DNA from: Leucoraja erinacea
Taxonomy: Eukaryota
Direction: 5' to 3'
NCBI RefSeq assembly: GCF_028641065.1
Contig: NC_073401.1
Location: 22,940,001-23,004,000, forward strand
Length of the DNA: 64,000 bases
Each line of letters starts with the position of its first letter. Position 1 is the stretch's first letter. The translations under genes were made by a program, and so were the position numbers. The notes beneath the pieces were generated by a model. The model was not told the origin of the DNA. It ran no database searches and saw only the letters and a list, made by a program, of their open reading frames with translations. Shown here piece after piece: positions 52,846 through 64,000 of the stretch.

Positions 52846-53995
52846 CTCCATCTCCGGAACGTTCCCATTATTCACATTCAGTATGCACGAGCATTTTGGC
52901 CAATGATTTAATTCTCCTCTATCCCCATAACTAGTTGTGTTCTGTACCAATAGCAATATATTCACATCAACAATCATGATGGAATAGCGGCTTACACGCA
53001 GGTGAGGGAGAGAGTATTCAGCGAGCATTTCAAACTTCAATATGACAGGAGAATGAGTAGGTAAATGATGGATGAAATCTATCACAGAGAAGTATGAGCT
53101 TGTATAGTTTGCCTCGTGTGTGGAGGGGAGGGGGAGGGGGAGGCAATGTGGGTTCAAAGTTCGCAGGAACCGAGGGACTTTGTGTTCATGAGCACACATC
53201 TGCCAAGGTAGAAAGATATATCGCGAGAGTAGACAATAGACTACAGACAATTGGTGCAGGAGGAGGCCATTCGGCCCTTCGCGCCAGCACCGCCATTCAA
53301 TGGCGGATCATCCCCAATCAGTACCCCATTCCTGCCTTCTCCCCATATCCCCTGACTCCGCTATTTTTAAGAGCCCTATCTAGCTCTCTCTTGAAAGCAT
53401 CCAGAGAACCTGCCTCCATCGCCCTCTGAGGCAGAGAATTCCACACTCACCACTCTCTGTGAGAAAAAGTATTTCCTCTTCTCCGTTCTAAATGGCTTAG
53501 TCCTTATTCTTAAACTGTGGTCCCTGGTTCTGGACTCCTCCAACATCGGGAAGCTGTTTTTTGCCTCTCGCATGTCCAAACCCTTAACAATCGTATATGT
53601 TTCAATGAGATATCCCCTCATCCTTCTAAACTTCAGAGTGTACAAGCCTAGATGCTCTATTCTCTCAGCATATGACAGAGTAGTGAGCAAAAACCTGTGA
53701 TATATGTGGGGTTTCAAAGAATGAAGTATCGAGTAAGCGGAGAGGTTAGCTCTCAAGCTTTGGTTAAACCGTGGCTGAATCGGAAAACTGTGAAAGAAGA
53801 ATATTTTTATGCAGTGAAAGATTCCTCCTATTCGCTCCCTGCAAAGGTGAAGGAAGTGAAGATAAGCAATGGTTTCAAACCGAAATCACATCACTACGAA
53901 CGCAGAGGCCTGGGCCACATAACCAGACATATTTCAACAGGGAAGATGTGGAATATAAATTCTGTTAAATGTCTGTAATCTTTCAAAAAAAAACA

Positions 53996-54762
53996 TCAAG
54001 TCAAGTCAAGTCAAGTTTATTTGTCACATACACATACGAGATGTGCAGTGAAATGAAAGTGGCAATGCTCGCGGACTTTTGTGCAAAAGACAAACAACCA
54101 AACAAACTATAAACACTATCATAACACACATATTCTTTTACATAATAAATAATGGAAGAAAAAACGTTCAGTAGAATTAGTCCCTGGTGAGATAGGCGTT
54201 TACAGTCCGAATGGCCTCTGGGAAGAAACTCCTTCTCAACCTCTCCGTTCTCACCGCATGGCAACGGCGGCGTTTGCCTGACCGTAGCAGCTGGAACAGT
54301 CCGTTGCAGGGGTGGAAGGGGTCTCTCATGATATTGTTGGCTCTGGAGTTGCACCTCCTGATGTATAGTTCCTGCAGGGGGGCAAGTGAAGTTCCCATAG
54401 TGCGTTGAACGCACTACTCTCTGCAGAGCCTTCTTGTCCTTGGCAGAGCAATTCCCAAACCAGATGGTAATGTTCCCGGACAAGATGCTTTCCACCGCCG
54501 CTGCGTAGAAGCACTGGAGGATCCTCGGAGACACTCTGAATTTCCTCAATTGCCTGAGGTGGTAAAGGCGCTGCCTTGCCTTACTCACGAGTGCTGAGGC
54601 GTGTGATGCCCATGTCATATCCTCGGAGATGTGGACTCCCAGATATTTAAAACAGCTCACCCTATCCACAGGATCCCCATTTATACTCAATGGAGTGTAC
54701 ATCCTCGGATGCTGTGCCCTCCTAAAGTCCATGATCAGCTCCTTCGTTTTTTTTTTGATGTT
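53996..54762 (-). mobile_element. Second Rex/Babar-type LINE 3' fragment, copy-specific
   Basis: KTKELIMDFRR...FKYLGVHISEDMTW...KARQRLYHLRQL; (CAAGT)n tail; empty sites near 8828 and 38885. Confidence 0.85.
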
Positions 54763-57639
54763 CATGGTGTATGATTGATTATTACAATACAACTGGATCC
54801 CAAATATATCATTCAAGGGGAAAATAATCCAATTATTGCTGGTCTGGCCTGTACGTGACCTCAGACACAATATTGCGTTTGACCCATTTCAGAATTGGCC
54901 GTGTTGAGCTTCATCACAGATGTAAGGTACGGCAGCGCCATCTACCGTTATAATCGGAGACTGCATCAGTATCTTCTGCCCACGCGGTCAAAAGCAAAGA
55001 TGTCAAAAGGTCGATTTCTATTACCGCCTTTACTCAGTGCGAGCTGCTTGTATGTTATTTTATCCAAACTCTTTTTTTTAAGACTATGTCACTATAAATT
55101 GCACATAAGAGGAAAAATATTTTGTGTTTGTTTCTCCAAGTGCAATTGAGCATTCAGTAACTTTATTGACTCCGTCTTTTTTTACTGTCATGTATCAAAA
55201 GTTAAAGCCGCTCCTCAATTAGTATATTCGCATCCACACCCATAATCGCCAAATGAGTAGGCATTAGATGGGTTTATGGGCTTGCACATTATCGTAATAT
55301 TGCTACATGTATGTATGTAGTTTGTTTTGTTTTGTTTTGTTGTGCTATTCTTATAACAAATGTAATGCACTTTGGCCAACGAGAGTTGTTTTTTAAATGT
55401 GCTATATCAATAAATGTGACTTGACTTGACTTGACAATGATAATTGACCATTTGTCCCATCTCCGCAATCAATGAACATTATTTCATAACCGATGCAATG
55501 CTGCCACCTAATGTTGCAAGACTGCACGGCACAGAGACGAACATTTGGGCAATACCAGCATTTACTCATCAAGCAGTTTGCATTTGCCTCCCCATAAATG
55601 ACAAGACCTGCAAATGTCCCAAAGGTGCTGCAGATGATGTCACTATTTTTGGATTGGTTCAGCATCTAAGAGCAAGATAACTGCAGGGACCACAGAACAT
55701 CGTCGAATGCAGCGCCACATCATGCAGGATAAAAATTTACATCTTGTGTTATTGTGGGCGGCCAGACAACTTTATTTTACGGTACAGAGATTAGTGCTCC
55801 TGCTCACCAGCCCCCGCATTCCTCTGCCAACTGGGCTTCTTTATGTACAGGTCCCGATCATTCCTGTAGATCCGCTGTCAGCATGTGTCACTTGGAGTTA
55901 TTCAGTAGGGAAACTGCCCTTCGGCCCAACAAGTCCCACCTGCCCGCGTTAGGCCCGTATCCCTCTAAACCTTTCCTATCAATGTACGTGTCCAAATGTT
56001 TATTAAATATTGTTATAGTACCTGTTTGAACTACCTCTTGTGGCAGCTCGTTCCACATACCAATCTCTGTGCGAAAATGCTGCGCCTCGGGTTCCTATTA
56101 AATCATTCATCTCTCACCTTAAACCTACTCTGTTACCCAGAGTAGCAGAATCAAGAACCAGCGGTTGTGAACTGCGATCCATCCACTTGTGATCATATAA
56201 GCATTGGAATTGTTCCCAATTATATTGTTATTTACGAATGATCTGCATTAAAAGAAATGCAATTTCATAAACCTTCCAATCATTTATTTACGTAATATTA
56301 TGTGAGACATGTACTACCGTTTCTTATGTGAAATTACATTTAACCGGGGATGAGAGATATTTCCCTCTGGGTTTTCTTCCTGATGTCAACCAAATTGCAG
56401 AACAAATGAGAATTTGCACGAGAGCTCCCAGGTTGTTCCACAGACTTATGAGTTGTACATGCAGTATATGATGGATATAACAACTGGTGAAATTTACTAA
56501 AATATAGTAATGCAATTGAATATATAGCAGAGTAGCTTGCAGTCGAAGCAACTTTAAAATATATAGTTCTATAATTCGATTCTCGCCTAATTTCATTGAA
56601 ATCCCCATTACTCATTTCATCAGACTACCTACCTCAATAGGAGGACATTTTGTAATAAATAACTGATCAGACACAAAGAATATATCAACTGGAATGTGCA
56701 GAAGGACTCAAATTCTTGACCTAAAAGCATCCCTGGACTTAACTATTTTTATTATTGGCGTCAGTCTTCACCTGGCAAATCCCAAATCTCTGGAATTTCA
56801 CCCCAACGTATCTTCATCTCACTACTTTGTACTCCTCCTTGTAGCTGACCTCAAAATCATCTATGTTGGCCACATTTTAGACCCCTGCTCTTTTTTTTAA
56901 ATTAGGAAGTGAAATGTCCTTCTCAAACTGTTGCAGTTCTCTACATGTGGATATCTACATATTTAAAATGTGCATTATTGGATTCAGGTTATAGATCTGA
57001 TTTGACACCATTGGAAGTGGTGTTTTACAGTTTTAACGTGTAATTGTCCACTCCTTGATGCCTGGTCTGACCAACCTACTTCCACAAGTGTACCAGAACC
57101 AACATAATCTCACCAAACACAGCCGGGTCGTAGAAGAGCCTCTAATTGATGTGAACATTAAAGGAATTGAACAACGGGATGAGTTTCAGGATCCCAGGAA
57201 AGAACCATCGACGGATCTGCCACTGGCGAGCACCAATGGTTCTAGAGTAGGGAAGAGATGTCATTTGGCGAATAGGGGTTTGTGGGGGAGGGATTATTAG
57301 CAAGATTAATGTCCCTTGTCATTTCTGTGTGTACGTAAATAAACCACGTGGCGCCGCGGAGATGTGACGGCAGGAGCTTGCTGGGCCAAATATCCAAGCT
57401 CGTATGGAGGTTGAGGAATACCCCGTTGATGAAACACTAAACTCTGACCAGTATTCCCAAAATACCCGTCGCCCATCAAACGCAAAGGAAGCCTCGCGGG
57501 GGGTAGGGAAATGGGGACAAAGCATGGATATGTTCGACTTGCAACTGGGTGTAGGATATCAATGTAGATCTTCAAAACATCATAGATCTTTCTCTTTATA
57601 GTAAATAGGACTGGTCTAGTTGTAGACCGGGAATTAATT

Positions 57640-59620
57640 CTGAGGTACCGACATGCATCAGGAAGACCACTATCACCTCGATGCCAAAGAAAATCGAAAC
57701 CTCATGCCTTAATGACTACCGTCCACATGTCTTGACATCCACCATTACGAATTGCTTTTAGAGCAGCCAGATTAAGCCTACCAAGCAGCCTTGATATACA
57801 GCAGTTCGTCTAATTCCACAACAGGTCCACTGCTGATGCCATCTCTCTCGCCCTACACTTGCCCTTAGAACATCTGGATGAGACGAGCACCTACATCATA
57901 TACCAGAGCCCTACTTTCTATACCATTATCATAAGCAAGCTCATCTCCAAACTAATGGAACGGAATCAGCACTCCCCACTTCAATCGGTCTTCGTCTTCC
58001 TGACCAGCAGACCACAATCTGTGAGGATAGGTGACCAATCATCCACTACCATAATCCTCAACACTGATGCCCCATAAGGATGAGTTCTCAGCCCCCCCCC
58101 CCCCCCCCCCGCTACACTACACTACACTGCACTGCATACACCTNNNNNNNNNNNNNNNNNNNNNNNNNNNNNNNNNNNNNNNNNNNNNNNNNNNNNNNNN
58201 NNNNNNNNNNNNNNNNNNNNNNNNNNNNNNNNNNNNNNNNNNNNNNNNNNNNNNNNNNNNNNNNNNNNNNNNNNNNNNNNNNNNNNNNNNNNNNNNNNNN
58301 NNNNNNNNNNNNNNNNNNNNNNNNNNNNNNNNNNNNNNNNNNNNNNNNNNNNNNNNNNNNNNNNNNNNNNNNNNNNNNNNNNNNNNNNNNNNNNNNNNNN
58401 NNNNNNNNNNNNNACACTNNNNNNNNNNNNNNNNNNNNNNNNNNNNNNNNNNNNNNNNNNNNNNNNNNNNNNNNNNNNNNNNNNNNNNNNNNNNNNNNNN
58501 NNNNNNNNNNNNNNNNNNNNNNNNNNNNNNNNNNNNNNNNNNNNNNNNNNNNNNNNNNNNNNNNNNNNNNNNNNNNNNNNNNNNNNNNNNNNNNNNNNNN
58601 NNNNNNNNNNNNNNNNNNNNNNNNNNNNNNNNNNNNNNNNNNNNNNNNNNNNNNNNNNNNNNNNNNNNNNNNNNNNNNNNNNNNNNNNNNNNNNNNNNNN
58701 NNNNNNNNNNNNNNNNNNNNNNNNNNNNNNNNNNNNNNNNNNNNNNNNNNNNNNNNNNNNNNNNNNNNNNNNNNNNNNNNNNNNNNNNNNNNNNNNNNNN
58801 NNNNNNNNNNNNNNNNNNNNNNNNNNNNNNNNNNNNNNNNNNNNNNNNNNNNNNNNNNNNNNNNNNNNNNNNNNNNNNNNNNNNNNNNNNNNNNNNNNNN
58901 NNNNNNNNNNNNNNNNNNNNNNNNNNNNNNNNNNNNNNNNNNNNNNNNNNNNNNNNNNNNNNNNNNNNNNNNNNNNNNNNNNNNNNNNNNNNNNNNNNNN
59001 NNNNNNNNNNNNNNNNNNNNNNNNNNNNNNNNNNNNNNNNNNNNNNNNNNNNNNNNNNNNNNNNNNNNNNNNNNNNNNNNNNNNNNNNNNNNNNNNNNNN
59101 NNNNCACAGCCAAACACCAATCCAACTCAATTTACAATTGCCAAGACATTACCACCATAGTGGACCGGATATCAAATAATGACCAGACGGAATACAGGAA
59201 GGAGATTGAGAACATTGTAACCTGGTGCCAAGGCAACAATGTTTCCCTCGATGTCAGCAAGATAAAGGAGATTGTAATTGACTTCAGGAAGCGAAGAAGC
59301 ACACACACACACTCACACTCACACTCACACACACACACACACCAGTATACATTGACAGCGCCGAAGTAGAGATGGTTCCAAGCTTCAAGTTCATAGGAAT
59401 AAATATCACCAGCAATGTGTGCTGGACCAGTCACATAGCAGCTATGGGCACGAAAGCAGGCCAGCGCTTCAACTTCCTTAGAAGGCTTTAGGAGGTTCGG
59501 CATGTCCCCAACCAAACCCCAAAGACCAGTCTCACCCCGGACAACCCCTCTTCCCGTCTCTCTCATCAGGCAAGACGTACAGACGTGTGAAAACGCATAC
59601 CTCCAGATGCAGGGCCTGTT
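57640..59620 (+). mobile_element. Degenerate Rex/Babar LINE split by gap 58144-59104
   Basis: FLTSRPQSVRIG...IILNT; TEYRKEIENIVTWCQGNN...KEIVIDFRK. Confidence 0.7.
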
Positions 59621-60053
59621 TCTTCCTGGAACACCGGGATCAGAAGGACACTACTTCAGAGAGACACAAAATGCTGGAGTAACTCAGTGGGACAGGCAGC
59701 ATCTCTGCCCCGCTGAGTTACTCCAGCAGTTTCTGTCTATCTTCTGTTTAAACCCGCATCTGCAGTTTCCTCCGACTCTACGACTGAATTGGATTTGATC
59801 AAATTAAGATTTGTTCGCTGATCACTGATAGCCTTTGTTTCGCTGAATTCATTTTACACATTTAACTTATTAGATTGTCTCCTCTTATTTTCAGCGTAGG
59901 CTGGTTTGAACAAAATCACACCTTAAATGCCAAGCGCAGCAATGCTCGAGTTAAGGTGTTGGTTTTCGGCGCAGAGGCGAGGCGTTCTGATAACACTTGG
60001 TTCTGCGTTTCTGCTTCTATTGGGCGACAGCTATTTTCAGAACCCACAGCGGC

Positions 60054-60116
60054 ATGGCTCTGCAGAGCATCGAGTTCTGCACAGCCCACATCCGGCCGAA
60101 CTGTGAAAGGGGAACA
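60054..60116 (+). other. Possible upstream first exon of the V-set receptor (MALQSIEFCTAHIRPNCERGT)
   Basis: Good Kozak context (GGCATGG), phase-0 donor gtaacc, candidate acceptor ctaat...cccgcagtag at 60379-60406; GATA- and CCAAT-like motifs just upstream. Confidence 0.3.
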
Positions 60117-60244
60117 GTAACCGGTCGCTTCAAACTCTTGTCCTCCAGAGATGTTGCCTGACCCACTGAGTTACTCCAACACTCTGTGACGTTTTTTTGT
60201 AAACTAGCATCTTCAGTTCCTTGTGTCTGCAAAAAAACTATGGT

Positions 60245-60345
60245 AGGTACACAAAAATGCTGGAGAAACTCAGCGGGTGTAGCAGCAACTATGGAGCGAA
60301 GGAAATAGGCAACGTTTCGGGCCGAAACCCTTCTTCAGACTCCAG
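60245..60345 (-). mobile_element. Penelope terminal repeat with hammerhead core (60311-60338)
   Basis: Reverse complement closely matches 9315-9410, including CTGAAGAAGGGTTTCGGCCCGAAACGTT. Confidence 0.75.
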
Positions 60346-60418
60346 TCTTCAAACTCTGTTAGTTCTAGCAAACCACCGCTAATGCAAACCTGTCTGCCCG
60401 CAGTAGCGTCTCGTAAAC

Positions 60419-60836
60419 ATGAAGTTCGTTACATTTATATATGTTGATATCTGGACTTTCTGCACTGCCTGGTCACTGATTGTTACTGACGGAATGCTGG
60501 TTTACCAGACTCCGAGTAAACTCACAGTGTCTGAAGGAGGAACAGCGAAGCTGAACTGTAACGTTTCTATTGATAAAATCAACGACTTGGTAATCAATTG
60601 GTTTCGTGAATCAAGCAATGCAAGTAATGAGACCTACGTAATTTACATGAACAAATCCAAAGTACTCCGTTCCTTCGAGCTAGAATTTACTAGGGACCAA
60701 CATTTATACAGAAGCCAATTATCGATAAAAAATCTTCAGCAAGAAGACAGCGGCACATATTACTGTGAATTGATTACGTTGAGTCCGCCCTCCACTCGGG
60801 GCTTCAACGGCAACGGAAGCCTATTGATGGTAACAG
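60419..60836 (+). CDS. Signal peptide plus single V-set Ig domain exon of a CD28/CTLA-4/PD-1/NKp30-like receptor
   Basis: VYQTPSKLTVSEGGTAKLNC...INWFR...LSIKNLQQEDSGTYYC...LSPPST...GNGSLLMVT; phase-1 donor G|gtagga at 60836; five N-glycosylation sequons. Confidence 0.85.
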
Positions 60837-60967
60837 GTAGGATTATGCAATTATTCATAATTAAATTCAAATTAAATCAATTGAACAGCAGCCTTCAGTT
60901 CCTGATCCTAGCAAAACAACCTGGACACAGATGCCACTGGGCAACAGCAGCGGCTCGCGATTTAGGT

Positions 60968-61000
<33 letters not shown>

Positions 61001-61990
61001 GTGAGTGTCAGCGGATTGTTGCTCCCTAATTACCTAGTTACTGAATTTCGTGAAATTAACTCTCTTGGGCGTTGTGAGTACCCGAGTGTGGGAAGATGTT
61101 GGTGGGATTGTCCTCGAGGGTGAAATGTACTGGTGAACATTAAACACTAAGCAGCATTTGCAAAATAGATGTCCCCACAAAAAGAAATATAGACTTCGAA
61201 GGAGATAGAAAGAAAAAATGGAAACAACATGTGGAAATGTTCGTCTTGCAACTGATTTAGAAGATCAATGTAGATAATCTCAAAATATTCTGCTTCACGT
61301 CGACTTCATTTGATAGTTGCCATTTGTGTAATTGTACACCCGAGTATAGTTAAACGCATCATTTTGTAACCTAAATATTGTTACCTGATCGGTAGATATA
61401 CAAACGGGTGAGCAACGTTTCTATGACAGTTATATTGAATTAGAGTTTGGCATCATGTTTTTGATCAGTGTGAGAATTCAGAAGTATTAAAGCTGCTCTG
61501 TTTGTGCTTTGAGAGGGGAAAGTTTAAAGTTGATGTGAGCGGTAAAAAAAAAGTTACAGAGGGCGGGGAGTGCCTGGAACGACGGGTATGGTGGAACGAC
61601 GGAAATTGTGCGGAAAGGCACATGGATAAGCATGGAAAGGAGGGATATGGATTGTGTGCAAGCAAATAAGGGTCGGTGTCATGTTCGGCACATACGATGT
61701 AGGCCGAGAGGGCTGTTCAGGTCCTGTATTGTCCTGTTTTAAATAAAGTTAACGATGTTGGTGATTGCAGATCAGACCACATCTATATATCTGTAACTTG
61801 GACTGACATGGTTCCCGACCCGAGATCATTTGTTATCGAGAATGAGAACCTTCAAATCTCTATATAAAAAAATAAAACACAGTATAGTTGAACCATTTTG
61901 ATTTTACTCGGATTGTTGCAGTTGAATTTTTGATTTTCAAAAAGTCACTGCACAGCTTATTCAAGAAAAGTAATGCAACCGCAAACGTTA

Positions 61991-62178
61991 TGCCCCTGTC
62001 CCACTTAGGAATCCTGAACGGAAACCTCTGGAGACTTTGTGCCCCACGCAAGGTTTCCGTGCGGTTCCCGGAGGTTGCAGGTGGTTGCCGGAGGTTGCAG
62101 GTAGTGGAAGCAGGTAGGGAGACTGACAAAAACCTCCGGGAACCGTTCCGTTCAGGTTTCCTAAGTGGGATAGGGGCA
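61991..62178. mobile_element. PIF/Harbinger-type MITE
   Basis: ~33-bp TIRs tgcccctRtcccacttaggaaWcctgaacggaa; TTA target duplication at 61988-61990 and 62179-62181. Confidence 0.8.
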
Positions 62179-62415
62179 TTAGTAATTACACAAATCGGGT
62201 GATCTTGCTCTATGATAATTTTGTACAAAATATTGCAGATGCAGAAAATGTTGGAAATGCTCAGCAGGTCAGGAAGCAACTTTGGCTAAATTCTACACGT
62301 TTTGATTCACAATTCACCTGAATTCCATAACTGGTGCATTGTAAAATATTGTCAACTTCTAGTTCCACGTGAAGACTCCGAGCCTTCGGCAGCCAATTTT
62401 ACATCGGCGGGAACT

Positions 62416-63222
62416 GAGGTTATCCATTTTGGTGGCAAAAACAGGAAAGCAGACTATTATCTAAATGGTGGCCGATTGGGAAAGGGGGAGATGCAGCGAG
62501 ACCTGGGTGTCATGGTACACCAGTCATTGAAGGTAGGCATGCAGGTGCAGCAGGCAGGAAAGAAAGCGAATGGTATGTTAGCTTTCATTGCAAAAGGATT
62601 TGAGTATAGGAGCAGAGAGGTTCTACTGCAGTTGTACAGGGTCTTGGTGAGACCATACCTGGAGTATTGCGTACAGTTTTGGTCTCCAAATCTGAGGAAG
62701 GACATTATTGCCATAGAGGGAGTGCAGAGACGGTTCACCAGACTGATTCCTGGGATGTCAGAACTGTCTTATGAAGAAAGACTGGATAGACTTGGTTTAT
62801 ACTCTCTAGAATTTAGGAGATTGAGAGGGGATCTTATAGAAACTTACAAAATTCTTAAGGGGTTGGACAGGCTAGATGCAGGAAGATTGTTCCCGATGTT
62901 AGGGAAGTCCAGGACAAGGGGTCATAGCTTAAGGATAAAGGGGAAATCCTTTAAAACCGAGATGAGAAGAACTTTTTTCACGCAGAGAGTGGTGAATCTC
63001 TGGAACTCTCTGCCACAGAGGGTAGTTGAGGCCACTTCATTGGCTATATTTAAGAGGGAGTTAGATGTGGCCCTTGTGGCTAAGGGGATCAGGGGGTATG
63101 GAGAGAAGGCAGGTACGGGATACTGAGTTGGATGATCAGCCATGATCATATTGAATGGCGGTGCAGGCTCGAAGGGCTGAATGGCCTACTCCTGCACCTA
63201 ATTTCTATGTTTCTATGTTTCT
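62416..63222 (+). mobile_element. Young 5'-truncated CR1 LINE in the receptor gene intron
   Basis: Open ORF to 63126, intact 3' UTR, (ttctatgt)n tail. Confidence 0.9.
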
Positions 63223-63576
63223 AACTCCCAGTTTTAAACACTGACGGTCAAATGTGTTTTGCGATATCAGTTGATCAATTTTCTACATCAAGAAACTCAT
63301 CTTTCCGCTGTCTTTAAAAAATATATCAACTTGTGGAATATAAATGGAAAGCACTTCCGCCGAGAAGCGAAACGGCCGAATATAACGAGAAAATACTAAA
63401 CCTCGGCATTTTAAGTTTGATTACATATATAATATTGTAAAGGATCTCAAAACGATGCAGGTGTAGTGGGTCAACTCTCCGGGAGCGCGCATAGTACTCC
63501 TTTACTTTTCAGTAACACGTGCCAATTATAGTTTCCTAACAATATTAACACTGATATTTGTACACTTCTTTCAAAG

Positions 63577-63672
63577 TTTACCGGAAAGAACTACATTCGT
63601 GGCTTTATCCGCTGATTTGCCTCCTGATATTTGTCATTATTTTCATAGCGGTACGCTGTTGGAAGGTAAAAC
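63577..63672 (+). CDS. Stalk/transmembrane exon of the V-set receptor
   Basis: Acceptor cttctttcaaag in phase 1 matches the V-exon donor; VYRKELHS-WLYPLICLLIFVIIFIAV-RCWKVK; consensus donor C|gtgagt at 63672. Read-through would end at 63755. Confidence 0.75.
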
Positions 63673-64000
63673 GTGAGTATCAAGCTTTCACCGCCAACTT
63701 AAGAGGCTTACGTCAATTTTCCGCTGTAAATAACGAATATACTCTGAATATATAATATTCATCAACAAATTATTACGGTAACATTGACAGTGTTGGCGAT
63801 CAATTTCAAACAGGGAAATGCATCATAGAAGTGTACAGCAATGAGTACCCAATTTGGCCCATCGTATGTGTACAACAATGTGCTCAAATATGGCAACTAA
63901 AATGCGTGAAAGTGTGTATCATGCGTGAAAGCGTGTCCCCTCCTCTGCAATATTTGCAATCTATATAAAATAATCAGATGTTTGTGCTAAAAGGACACAA

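Noticed and set aside
60837-61123. C-terminal extension of the 234-aa ORF
   Set aside because: Intron read-through past a good donor, and it includes a poly-G run.
61771-61866. Possible extra stalk exon after ttgcag/atcag
   Set aside because: Both phase-1 frames hit stops without a convincing donor; V and TM exons already join in frame.

Overview
Eukaryotic, repeat-rich window from a cartilaginous fish (probably a skate or ray, inferred from the Ig and retroelement families). It holds three tandem immunoglobulin light-chain clusters on the minus strand, each arranged octamer promoter, leader exon, pre-joined VJ exon, C exon, polyA. They match the chondrichthyan type II / NS3 (lambda) class, which is germline-joined and lacks RSS. 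Clusters 1 (1562-3743) and 3 (43634-46843) are intact. Cluster 2 (14350-17553) has an out-of-frame VJ junction, explained by a TACA duplication in CDR3. The clusters lie in duplicated units of about 13 kb that differ by copy-specific LINE/Penelope insertions and deletions. One upstream flank (34830-42505, after a 100-N gap) has no gene, which suggests a fourth cluster is missing from the assembly. Between clusters 2 and 3 are a 5.4-kb 18-bp satellite, a ~326-bp tandem repeat, scrambled CR1 fragments, microsatellites and gaps. Beyond the array on the + strand is a single-V-domain transmembrane receptor gene (V exon 60419-60836, TM exon 63577-63672) whose FG loop and GNG motif align with the CD28/CTLA-4/PD-1/NKp30 family. 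Penelope-like element ends carry minimal hammerhead-ribozyme cores. All alignments were made by eye; no database searches were run.
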